A stretch of DNA of 64,000 nt from the NCBI GenBank assembly GCA_963744995.1, contig CAVUWA010000010.1, positions 448,001 through 512,000 of the forward strand, written 5' to 3'. The position numbers and the translations under genes were made by a program. Below the pieces are notes generated by a model. It saw nothing but the letters and a program-made list of their open reading frames with translations, had not been told where the DNA came from and searched no databases. The DNA is from Candidatus Eiseniibacteriota bacterium. Its GTDB lineage: Bacteria; Eisenbacteria; RBG-16-71-46. The number at the start of each line of letters is the position of its first letter. The first letter of the stretch is position 1. Positions 1-8,592 of the stretch are shown here, piece after piece.

Positions 1-406
1 CCGACTCGAGGTGCCACCACGCGGGCAGCGTCGCGTCCTCGTGAATCAGATCGATCACCGCCTCGATGCCGATCACGCTGTCGATCGGCCCGCCCGCGGT
101 GAACCCGGCGACCAGCTGCCGCTCACCCGCATTGGTGAGGCAGGAGAAGGTCGTCTGGCTCGCCGCGGCGGCCCCGGTCCAGCAGTCGAACCACGTGAGA
201 TGGAGCGCTTCGGCGGCCCGGGCATCGACCGACGTACCGCAGCAGGTCAGCAGCAGCGTCACGGCGCCCGCTACCGCCGCCGGGATGCGCCGCCGCGCCC
301 GCGCGCTGGGGCGCAGCCGCGCGCCCGTCCGAGCGGCGCCCGGCGCATCCGGTTGCGGTGGAGGCGCCGGTTTCCGGCAGCGGCGGGTCGTACGGCGGGG
401 CTTCAA
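1..406 (-). CDS. Secreted hypothetical protein, paralog of the 411/3128/4022/5167 family (runs off the left edge; not in the ORF track)
   Basis: Manual minus-strand translation from TTG at 406: ...AVAGAVTLLLTCCGTSVDARAAEALHLTWFDCWTGAAAASQTTFSCLTNAGERQLVAGF...DATLPAWWHLES. Same LxWxDC / C / PxWW pattern as its neighbours. Confidence 0.75.
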   Translation of the reverse strand, partial: MKPRRTTRRCRKPAPPPQPDAPGAARTGARLRPSARARRRIPAAVAGAVTLLLTCCGTSVDARAAEALHLTWFDCWTGAAAASQTTFSCLTNAGERQLVAGFTAGGPIDSVIGIEAVIDLIHEDATLPAWWHLES

Positions 407-410
407 ACCC

Positions 411-1181
411 CTACCGCGACGCGTGATCCCTGCCACACGCGGCTCCCTGCCAGCCGACGCACGCCTCGTAGCCCGGAGTCAGGATGGTCTTGCGCCCGTC
501 CGCTTCGAGCAGCGTGAGTTCGCGCACGCGAATCGAAATCGGATCCCGACAACCTTCGCAGGAGTACTCGCCAAAGGTCCGGCGATTGTCGATCACCATC
601 TTGCAGGCCACGTAGCGCACGCCGCCCTCGAGAGCGATGGGCTTGGAGATGGGCCTCGCCATCGAAGCCGTGATCAGAGCCGCCCGCGGGTCGTCGTCGG
701 CGTCGCGGCGGTAGCCGGTCAGCACGGCCAATCCATTGCGGCCCTCGTCCCACGGACTCAGTACGCGCACCCCCGAGTCGGCCCTGGAGGCCGCCGTGAG
801 GTCGAGCCTGAGCGACAGGGTGCGGCAGGACTCGGAGTTGCGGAATTCCCACCAGGCAGGCAGGCGCTCACCCTCGGCCTGCAACTCCAGCACGACGTCG
901 GCCGCAACGAAGCGCACGACGCTGTCGGGGGCGACGAACGACAGGACAATCACGTGCGAGCCGCCGACGGTGTCACAGGCAAATGCCTGCACGGCGGTGC
1001 CCCCCATCTCGCGCACGTCCGTCCACCCGAGCTGCACGGGTTCGTCCGCCGGAGCCGAGGCGTGCGCCGCGGCACGTAGGCCCGGCATCGCGAGCAGACC
1101 CGCTGCGAGAGCAAGACGACCAATGGCGCCGACGGAGTGCCGGCTGGAAATCACGCGTGCACCTGGGGACGGATGGCTCAT
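411..1181 (-). CDS. Secreted hypothetical protein (family paralog, no WGxxK tail)
   Basis: Signal peptide, then VQLGWTD...FACDT.GG...LPAWWEF.N...CR...CEGC..P. Start uncertain (1181 or 1196). Confidence 0.75.
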   Translation of the reverse strand: MSHPSPGARVISSRHSVGAIGRLALAAGLLAMPGLRAAAHASAPADEPVQLGWTDVREMGGTAVQAFACDTVGGSHVIVLSFVAPDSVVRFVAADVVLELQAEGERLPAWWEFRNSESCRTLSLRLDLTAASRADSGVRVLSPWDEGRNGLAVLTGYRRDADDDPRAALITASMARPISKPIALEGGVRYVACKMVIDNRRTFGEYSCEGCRDPISIRVRELTLLEADGRKTILTPGYEACVGWQGAACGRDHASR

Positions 1182-1269
1182 GACGACCATGATCATAGCC
1201 GATGCAGACGCGGACGGAACAGACCCCCCGGGTCACGTGCAAGCCCCTTGTCAATTGAACCGCAGCCGC

Positions 1270-1299
1270 TTGACCGGCTATTCCGGGGCATCCTATCCT
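1270..1299 (+). promoter_or_regulatory. Putative sigma70 promoter for the foldase gene
   Basis: TTGACC-18 nt-TATCCT about 65 nt upstream of ATG 1364. Confidence 0.4.
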
Positions 1300-1363
1300 T
1301 TCTGCTTCGAATTCGTCTTTCCTTCGAACCTGCCCCCCTCCCCCTGACCCCCATCGTGAATCC

Positions 1364-3103
1364 ATGATCCCCATCAAGCTTCTGCCCGCGTTCGCTGCGC
1401 TGCTCGCAGCTTCCCCGTCCGTGTTCACTACGGCGATGCCCGGCACCGCGATGGCGGAGTCCGTGCAGGCCGTGACGGACACGACCATTCTCGCCAGGGT
1501 CAACGATCGCCCGATCACCGTTCTCACGTTCCGCCAGTCCTACTACGCCACTCCGAACAGCGATCGCCCCGCTTCCGACAGTCTCGGGCGGGTCGAATAC
1601 CTGAACTCGCTGGTGACCAAGGAGGTGCTCGGCATCTCCGCCCTGGCTATCCATCGCCCTCTCGACTTCACGGATCGCAGCAAGCTGCGCCAGGAGCGCG
1701 ACGAGGTGCTTGCGAACACGCTCTACCAGCGAATGGTCGAGGACTCGGTCCGCGTCACCGAACAGGACATCCGCGCGGCGCACGCCCAGTTCGATCGCGA
1801 CTTGCGCCTGCGGGAAATGCGTTTCATGGATCGCACGACCGCGGAGACCGTCAGGCGCGAGCTGATCGCCGGCACCACCACCTGGGAGGACGCGGCCAGG
1901 ACCAGGGCGATCCAGGCGATGGACCCCGTGTGGGTCAAGCGCAAGGATGTGACGACCCTGTTCGCACTGAGGGTATTCGACCTGATGCCGGGCCAGGTGT
2001 CGAGGGTGATCGCCGACGGGGACGGGGTCCATCTCTACCAGGTTCTCGAGCGCCGGAGCGTCGATCCTCCCGCGTACGTGGGGCTGCGCCGGTACCTTCT
2101 GATCCAGTTGCGCAGCGCGAAGTCGGTGCCCTACGTCGAGCAGCTCAACGACCGGATCCGCAAGGAGATGGGCGTCGTCTACGACACCGCGAACGTGCGG
2201 TGGGTGGCGAGCCACGTGGGCGACACGCGGGGTGTCAAGCCCGGCGAGGGCGGGGCGACGATCGAAGTGACACCGACGCTGCCCGATTTCAGCCCCGGCG
2301 ACCTCAAGCGCGTGCTCGTCCGCTGGAACGACGGCCAGATCACTCTGGGCGAGATGTTGCCCAAGTACTCCTCGCGCTCGCCGTTCCTGCGCGGCAGCCT
2401 GAATTCCTTCGAGGCCGTGCGCACCGAACTCGATGGGATGATCTTCGGGCCGACCATGGCGCGCATGGCGGAGCGCATGGGCATGGAGAGCGATTCCGTC
2501 GCTCAGGCCATCCTTCAGCGCAAGACCGAGGGCATTCGGGTCGAGCACCTGTTCCGCGATTCGGTGGAGTCGAAGGTGCGGCCGACCGAAGCGGAGATTC
2601 GCGCGTACTACGACCATCATCCCGAGTACTTCCACAGCGTGCCCCGTGTCCGCTGGGCCGGCATTCCGCGTGCAACCCGCAAGGAGGCCGTGGAGGTCTA
2701 CGAACGCCTGCGTGCGGGAGAACATCCTGCCGCCATCCTGCTCGCCGATTCCCTGGCGGGCCGGCCCGTGGGCTCGATCCAGGTACGGGCCGCGAACGAA
2801 CACGGTCCCTATCAGCGGGAGTTGTTCGAAGAGATGGTCCCGGGCGAAGTGAAGATCGTCGGCCCGCACAGCGACGGGTCGTACGCCGTTCTCAAGCTCC
2901 TGGCCCGCTACCCCTCCGTGCGGATGCCGTACGATCAGGTCCAGACGGAGGTCGCCAATGTGGTGCGCAGCGCTCAGACCGAGGCGAGACTTCAGGCGCT
3001 GGTCCATCGTCTTTCCCGGGGGATGAAGATCATCAAGCGCCCCGAGCTGCTGATGCGGATGAACCTCACCGACCCGTCCAACGAGATCCACGTGGACGAC
3101 TGA
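1364..3103 (+). CDS. Exported SurA/PrsA/PpiD-like peptidyl-prolyl isomerase-type foldase
   Basis: Signal peptide; LARVNDRPIT SurA-N-like start; two repeated units (VTEQDIRAAH / PTEAEIRAYY) each followed by a degenerate parvulin-like segment (F.L.PGQVS; LFEEMVPGEV). Confidence 0.7.
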   Translation: MIPIKLLPAFAALLAASPSVFTTAMPGTAMAESVQAVTDTTILARVNDRPITVLTFRQSYYATPNSDRPASDSLGRVEYLNSLVTKEVLGISALAIHRPLDFTDRSKLRQERDEVLANTLYQRMVEDSVRVTEQDIRAAHAQFDRDLRLREMRFMDRTTAETVRRELIAGTTTWEDAARTRAIQAMDPVWVKRKDVTTLFALRVFDLMPGQVSRVIADGDGVHLYQVLERRSVDPPAYVGLRRYLLIQLRSAKSVPYVEQLNDRIRKEMGVVYDTANVRWVASHVGDTRGVKPGEGGATIEVTPTLPDFSPGDLKRVLVRWNDGQITLGEMLPKYSSRSPFLRGSLNSFEAVRTELDGMIFGPTMARMAERMGMESDSVAQAILQRKTEGIRVEHLFRDSVESKVRPTEAEIRAYYDHHPEYFHSVPRVRWAGIPRATRKEAVEVYERLRAGEHPAAILLADSLAGRPVGSIQVRAANEHGPYQRELFEEMVPGEVKIVGPHSDGSYAVLKLLARYPSVRMPYDQVQTEVANVVRSAQTEARLQALVHRLSRGMKIIKRPELLMRMNLTDPSNEIHVDD

Positions 3104-3127
3104 CGCCCGCCGCACGGGCGATGCGCG

Positions 3128-3853
3128 TCAGTCGGAGCGGTCTCCCGCCGGAGGCTCGAGCCGCGGATTCCAGAACACGGCCGACGACGACTCGGGGCCG
3201 AACTCGAGCGTGCCCCCGTCGAGCAATTCGAATCGTACGCGCTCGACGGCGATCCGAACCGCCTGGGCACAGCCGCCCAGATGAGGTCGCTTCTCCAGGA
3301 TGCGGATGCGGGCCACGCAATTCTGTTCTTCCGGCGTGATCGGGATGCTCTGCTCCGACGGGATCGCGTACTCGAGCTGCAGCTCCGACGTCGCTCCGGC
3401 GAGGTCGTACCGCACGGCCCCCGACCCCGCAGCCCGCCACGGCTGCGGACATCCCATCGTCAAACCAAGGTCGAATTCGATGAACATGCTGCGCTCGTTC
3501 GCGTGCCCGCTCTTGAAATCCCAGAACGGACCGAGCGAGTCCGGACCCTCCGCCGAGAAGTGAAGGGTGGCGCTCATCGCGATCACGTTCGGCAGGTCCA
3601 GGGGCGTGAAAACGGACACGTAGAGCGTGTCGATGCGCTCGGAATCGTCACAGGCCGTGCGCAGCGTATCCGTGGCCCCCGGGACCCCGCGTGGTGCATG
3701 CCACGACAGGAACATCCTGCCCTGCTGCGGTGACGGGCGTTGCGCCGACGTCCCGCGCGAAGCGGTGATCGGAGCCGCGCAGGCCCCACCCGCGAGCACC
3801 GCCACGGCCAGCAGCACGACCTGGCGCAGCGTGTTCGCCAGCCGCTTCCGCAC
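3128..3853 (-). CDS. Secreted or lipoprotein hypothetical protein (family paralog)
   Basis: VVLLAVAVLAGGAC signal; MFLSWHAP...ACDD...LGPFWDFKSG...LGGCAQAV. Start uncertain (ORF extends to 4009). Confidence 0.7.
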   Translation of the reverse strand: MRKRLANTLRQVVLLAVAVLAGGACAAPITASRGTSAQRPSPQQGRMFLSWHAPRGVPGATDTLRTACDDSERIDTLYVSVFTPLDLPNVIAMSATLHFSAEGPDSLGPFWDFKSGHANERSMFIEFDLGLTMGCPQPWRAAGSGAVRYDLAGATSELQLEYAIPSEQSIPITPEEQNCVARIRILEKRPHLGGCAQAVRIAVERVRFELLDGGTLEFGPESSSAVFWNPRLEPPAGDRSD

Positions 3854-4021
3854 CCGGAACCCTCCGGATCCCATTCCGGCCGGGGGCGCCGGGCACTCCA
3901 CGATGAGTTGTGTCCTCACGTGCGTCACCCTCCAGAAGGCAGCAGCACCGCGGCCACCCTCGGAGGAGGGTGGCCGCGGGTGAATCGTCTCAGGTGAGAT
4001 ATCGACCACTGGCCGGATGGC

Positions 4022-4759
4022 TCAACGATAGAGCGACTTCACACTGCCCCACGTCCGCGGGGCCACGGGCACGCTCTGACACGTGGAGTTCGTGGCACTC
4101 TGCCAGGTCGCGCAGGGCTGGGAGCCGGCTTCATCCGAGGACACGGTGACGGCCTGCCCCGTCGTCGGGGAAAGAATGATGCTGTTCAGCACGATTGCCA
4201 CCGGCGTGGCACAACCCGCACAACTCGAGGTGGCAGCGTTGGTGATCTGCCAGATCCACGCGAAGTAGTTCGTGCCCGCCTGCAGCGAGAACGGGTTGGA
4301 CGCCCCACGTGCGATGGCGAACACGGCGCGCGCACGATTCCCGTCCCCCCCGAAGCCGATGAGATAGCCGGTGAACAGACCGGTGGCCGAGGCCCCGCCG
4401 TCCCACGTGTCGGCGCAACTGGCGCCGAAGTTGGGAAGATTGTTCACGTCGATGTTGATGCTGGCGGCGGTCTGACGGCAGGCGCCGGCATTCTTGAAAT
4501 CCCACCATGCCGGAATCGCCGACGCCTCGGACGCGAGGTCGATGGTGCCGTCGATCGACACGAAGTTTGCGATCGCGGACGGTGACACGTAGCTGGCTAC
4601 CAGGCGGTTCACGCCGCCGTCGCTGGCGCACGCCGAGGTCCGGTCCATGGCACCGCCATCGGCCAGACAGTCGTTCCAGGCCAGGAACACGTCAGCGCTC
4701 GCGACATTGGAGAGCAGCGTCATCAGCGCGGTCAGCAGGAGTAGCGAAGCGAATCTCAT
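4022..4759 (-). CDS. Secreted Cys-rich protein with C-terminal TWGSVKSLYR tail
   Basis: RBS GGAGG; signal peptide MRFASLLLLTALMTLLSNVASA; ends VPVAPRTWGSVKSLYR. Confidence 0.9.
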   Translation of the reverse strand: MRFASLLLLTALMTLLSNVASADVFLAWNDCLADGGAMDRTSACASDGGVNRLVASYVSPSAIANFVSIDGTIDLASEASAIPAWWDFKNAGACRQTAASINIDVNNLPNFGASCADTWDGGASATGLFTGYLIGFGGDGNRARAVFAIARGASNPFSLQAGTNYFAWIWQITNAATSSCAGCATPVAIVLNSIILSPTTGQAVTVSSDEAGSQPCATWQSATNSTCQSVPVAPRTWGSVKSLYR

Positions 4760-5085
4760 GGGGATCCTCCGTGATCAGATGAGTTCGATCTGCGCCTGCC
4801 GCACTGGCAGGGAGACCTCTGGCGCACCACACCCCTGTCCCTGGGGGCAAGCAGGGCGGCTCCACGGATTCTCACCCAACCGAAGGATGAACCGCAACAC
4901 GAAAAAAGAAGCCGTGGCGGCACTGCCGCGGCGGGACTGCCGACCCGTGGCGGTGAACGCCCCCGCCCGCTCGCTCCGTCCCACGCAGCGGCTATCTGAT
5001 TTGCGGCCAGCCGATTCATGCCGCCGACAGGCCCGATCGTACCCGCCCGGGCGGAGGCTGCGGGGCCGCCGGACGCCCGACCCGC

Positions 5086-5129
5086 AAAAGACCAGGGCGG
5101 CCGTCCTTGCGGACGACCGCCCTTCGGTC
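5086..5129 (-). terminator. Intrinsic terminator after the 5167 gene
   Basis: Minus strand GACCGAAGGGCGGTCGTCC-GCAA-GGACGGCCGCCCTGGTC-TTTT. Confidence 0.65.
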
Positions 5130-5166
5130 ACTACTTCATCGGCTGCCGTGGAAACGGCGGCGCGAT

Positions 5167-5895
5167 TTAGCGATACATCGCCTTGACCTTGCCCCACGTG
5201 GTGGCCTGGGTCGGGGTCGCGTTGCATGAACCGCCATTCCAGCTGACGCAGGACTCGCCGTCATCCGGGGACGCGGAGAGCACCACAGGAGCCACCGAGC
5301 TCACGCCGCTGAGCGTCATGGTCGGCGACCAGATGGCCACAGGATCAGAGCAGCCCGCGCAGCTCGACGTGTTGACGTTGATGATCTGCCAGTACCACCC
5401 GAAGTAGTTCGTGCCCTGCGCGATCGCGGTGGGGTTCGAGGCCCCGCGAGCGATCGCAAACACTGCACGCGCGCGATCGGGCGCACCGTAGCCGAGCGCA
5501 TAGCCCGTGAACAGACCCGTCGCCGAGGCTCCGCCATCCCACGTGTCAGCGCAGGTGAAGGAGTTCGGGAGGTTGAACACGTTGATGCCGATGCTGGCGG
5601 CGGTCTGACGGCAGGCGCCGACGTTCTTCAGATCCCACCAGGGCGGCATCGGACCGATGTCGTCCTGCAGGTCGATCGTGCCGTCGATGGCGACGAAGTC
5701 AGGAATCGACGCCGTCGGCGTGTAGCTGACCACCAAGCGACCGGCGAGACCGCCGTCGCTGGTGCACGCCGAGGTCTTCGAAGCGGCGCCACCGTCGATC
5801 TTGCAATCGTTCCAGGCGACCTGGATATCAGCCGCCGCGGCAGCCGTGGCGGAGAGTGCAAGCAACGCGGTGCAGACAAGGAGAATCTTCTTCAT
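5167..5895 (-). CDS. Secreted Cys-rich protein with C-terminal TWGKVKAMYR tail (close paralog of 4022)
   Basis: RBS GGAGG; MKKILLVCTALLALSATAAAA; ends ATPTQATTWGKVKAMYR. Confidence 0.9.
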   Translation of the reverse strand: MKKILLVCTALLALSATAAAAADIQVAWNDCKIDGGAASKTSACTSDGGLAGRLVVSYTPTASIPDFVAIDGTIDLQDDIGPMPPWWDLKNVGACRQTAASIGINVFNLPNSFTCADTWDGGASATGLFTGYALGYGAPDRARAVFAIARGASNPTAIAQGTNYFGWYWQIINVNTSSCAGCSDPVAIWSPTMTLSGVSSVAPVVLSASPDDGESCVSWNGGSCNATPTQATTWGKVKAMYR

Positions 5896-6074
5896 TGTTG
5901 CCTCCACGAGACGTTTTCACCCACATGAAGCGGGGGACAGGGGGAAATCCGATTTCTAGTGCCGTTTCCGTTGCAGAGCCACACTTGTTCGCGAGTCACC
6001 ACCTCCTGGCTGCGAGTGGGAGGAAAAGGGTTGCCGGACACTGCTGCGACCCGCGTCCATGGTCGAAGTCGGGA

Positions 6075-6770
6075 TTACGGGCAGTACGATCCGGAGACGC
6101 AGCCCAGTCCCGAACCATTCCCAAGCGCCGAGGCGCCGAGGCGATCGCTGAACACGCTCAGATCAAGACCGCTGTTCGTCGTGTCGTAGTTGTAATCGGA
6201 ACGCGCACGATAGGTCGCGAACAGCGCGGCCGAACCAAGGTCGTCGCTGAAGAACGCGAGGTCCTGGGCGTTGTGGCCGTTGCCGCCCGAGGCGCCGTTC
6301 TGGTCGAGCACGGCGGCGACATGCACGTGACCGAGATTGATACCGTCGGCGAAAATCGACACCGCGTCCAGGCCGGAACCCGGAGCCGCGAGGCCACCGG
6401 TCGCGCCGGCGTTGTTCGAAGCACCGATCACCGTGATCGTCGCCGTGCCCGTCATGTCCGTGGTGGCACGCACCGTCTGCGTGACGCAGTCCACGATCTG
6501 ACCCGCCACGGCGTCCGAGCAGAGGAACACATCGCTCGCACCCGAGACGTCCACGACGACGCTCGAGTTCGCGATCGGATTGCCGCCGAGATCATTCACG
6601 ATGACCGTGAAGGTCCCGTAGGAATCCACGCCACCCGCATTCATGCCGACGATGGTGATGTTCGTGGGAATCGTCGACTGCGCGGCGTCGGGAACCGAGG
6701 CCATCGCAGCACCTGCCAGAAGAAGGCCGCACGCGCTGAAGAGCGTGGCCTTGCGAACCAAACCAGTCAT
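6075..6770 (-). CDS. Secreted Ig/invasin-like domain protein with paired dockerin/EF-hand-like repeats
   Basis: Signal peptide; FTVIVNDLGGNPIAN...TTDMTGTATITV (Big_1-like); LDQNGASGGNGHNAQDL and SDYNYDTTNSGLDLSVF. Confidence 0.7.
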   Translation of the reverse strand: MTGLVRKATLFSACGLLLAGAAMASVPDAAQSTIPTNITIVGMNAGGVDSYGTFTVIVNDLGGNPIANSSVVVDVSGASDVFLCSDAVAGQIVDCVTQTVRATTDMTGTATITVIGASNNAGATGGLAAPGSGLDAVSIFADGINLGHVHVAAVLDQNGASGGNGHNAQDLAFFSDDLGSAALFATYRARSDYNYDTTNSGLDLSVFSDRLGASALGNGSGLGCVSGSYCP

Positions 6771-6941
6771 TGTTGCACCTCCATAGATGGGTCACCCCTG
6801 TTGCTGAATCAATGCAAGGCTCAGTTGCAAGCAGTCGGCTCTGGCTGCGTGCCACCTCCTTTCAGTGCATTCATCGCAAAGCCGTCAAGGTGGTCGCGCG
6901 AGGGTAATTGTCGCGCTTACAAGGTCTTCCAAGACGGGAAA

Positions 6942-6971
6942 AGTCTAGGAGCCCGGTTCACACGATGTCAA
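6942..6971 (-). promoter_or_regulatory. Near-consensus sigma70 promoter for the secreted-protein cluster
   Basis: TTGACA-18 nt-TAGACT on the minus strand. Confidence 0.6.
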
Positions 6972-7097
6972 GGAGCTTTTTACTCCCAATCCTCGCGAGG
7001 ACTTCCTCTTACGCGACTTTCCGACCGTCCGGCCGCCGGAGACCCTAACCCCGACCGCATAACGGCCCGTTTGCCGCCAGGTTAACAAGTTCCACGG

Positions 7098-7173
7098 TGG
7101 TGGGCGAAACAGGTCTCGAACCTGTGACCTCTTGCTTGTAAGGCAAGCGCTCTACCAGCTGAGCTATTCGCCC
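7098..7173 (-). tRNA. tRNA-Val(TAC)
   Basis: GGGCGAATAGCTCAGCTGGTAGAGCG...CTTGCCT-TAC-AAGCAAG...GGTTCGAGACC...TCGCCCACCA, 76 nt. Confidence 0.97.
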
Positions 7174-7406
7174 GAAGCGCGCTTCCGGCCCCTGACGAGG
7201 AGCGAAGCCGGGATCAGAACGCAGTACCCGCAGACGAGAAGTACGGGCGCGAGGGTGACGGATCGCCGGGACAGGGCCACATAACCGATTGCGATGACGG
7301 CTACTCCGAGGGCGAGCAGGAGGCTGTTCAACGGCCCCCAATCGAACCCCAGATCGGCCTCTGGCACCTTGCGGCTGCCACGTCTCGAGGTCTTCGGTGC
7401 GCTCAT
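7164..7406 (-). CDS. Small two-TM membrane protein (DUF3098-like)
   Basis: N..LL.LGVAVIAIGYVAL...S.TLAPVLLV.GY.VLIP..LL; RBS GGAGGGAG. Confidence 0.7.
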   Translation of the reverse strand: MSAPKTSRRGSRKVPEADLGFDWGPLNSLLLALGVAVIAIGYVALSRRSVTLAPVLLVCGYCVLIPASLLVRGRKRASGE

Positions 7407-7642
7407 CCTTCGACTCCCTCCCGTCCCCGACCGGAACACGAATACCGATGGCTTCGGGCGCTGGAGAGCCCGGGGAGACCACCGTCATGACCGGTGCCGA
7501 TCGAGGCCCGGGCATGCGGGATCTCAGCGAAGATCACCAGCCTGCCGCCGCCTCCGTGGGGCGTGAAAGGTGATACCCCCGGGGCCCTCGGACCGGTTCC
7601 GATTTTCTGGGGCAACGACCCCGGGGCTGCCGGGGGTGAATG

Positions 7643-8527
7643 TCATGGGCGTCCCGGCCCGCCTGGGCCGGCGATGTCGTCGTTGAGGCTCCCCGAGCGA
7701 AAGCCCTCGAGGTCGAGCGTGATCCGCCGGTATCCCAGCGCCTTGAGGCCCTCCACCACGCGCCGCCGCACGGCCGGATCGCCGAAGCGGCCGATCTCGG
7801 CGGCCGGGACCTCGATACGGGCCGTGGTGTCGTGGTGTCGCACGCGCAGCTCGCGGAACCCGAGCTCGCGCAGCAGCGCTTCGGCCGCTTCCACCATGTG
7901 CAGCACCTCCCGGGTGATCTCGGTGCCATAGGGAATCCGCGACGCCAGGCATGGCGAGGCGGGCTTGTCGCGGCTCGCGAGCCCGAAGTGCGCGGCCGCG
8001 GCGCGGACGTCGGCCTTGGTGAAACCGATCTCGGCGAGCGGCGAACGCACGCCGCGCTCGCCCGCCGCACGCCGGCCGGGACGCCAGTCGGCGACATCGT
8101 CGGCGATGGTGCCGTCGACGATCACCGCGCCACGGGTCGCGGCCACGGCCTGCAACTCGCCATAGAGCTGGCTCTTACAGTGGTAGCAGCGGGTCGTCGG
8201 ATTGGCGCGGAAGCGCGGGTCCGCGAGCTCACCGGTCGTGACGATCTCGATCTTCGCGCCGAACGCAGCCGCCTGTTCGAGCGCCAGCTCGAGCTCGCGC
8301 CGCGCGTAGGAATCCGAGCGGCCGATCACGCCGAGGGCCCGCTCGCCGAGCACCTCGTGCGCCACGCGCAGCAGCAGGCTCGAGTCCACGCCGCCGGAAT
8401 ACGCGACGATCACGTCGCCCATCGCGCGGATCGTCTCGGTCAGCGCGTCCAGCCGCTCCCGCCAGGGGCGGTCGTCGTCGGGCCGCCTCGGCGGATCGCC
8501 GATCTGGATGAGGCTCGCATGCGTCAT
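7643..8527 (-). CDS. larE: LarE-family ATP-dependent sulfur transferase (PP-loop)
   Basis: VAYSGGVDS, RCYHCK, DWRPG, PCLASRIPYG, LRVRHH, LDLEGFRSGSLN. Confidence 0.9.
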   Translation of the reverse strand: MTHASLIQIGDPPRRPDDDRPWRERLDALTETIRAMGDVIVAYSGGVDSSLLLRVAHEVLGERALGVIGRSDSYARRELELALEQAAAFGAKIEIVTTGELADPRFRANPTTRCYHCKSQLYGELQAVAATRGAVIVDGTIADDVADWRPGRRAAGERGVRSPLAEIGFTKADVRAAAAHFGLASRDKPASPCLASRIPYGTEITREVLHMVEAAEALLRELGFRELRVRHHDTTARIEVPAAEIGRFGDPAVRRRVVEGLKALGYRRITLDLEGFRSGSLNDDIAGPGGPGRP

Positions 8528-8592
8528 GGGCCCGCGACGTTATCACACGCTGCGCAGCACCGGACAGCCGGACGCACGGGCGGGCAGCCGCC

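Noticed and set aside
4022..5895. Near-identical segments as a diversity-generating retroelement TR/VR pair
   Set aside because: Both copies are complete genes, the differences checked are mostly synonymous rather than adenine-specific, and there is no reverse transcriptase in the window.
7410..7640. GC-rich intergenic region with CCCCGGGG inverted repeats as an ncRNA or riboswitch
   Set aside because: No recognisable family motif; such pairing is expected by chance at this GC content.
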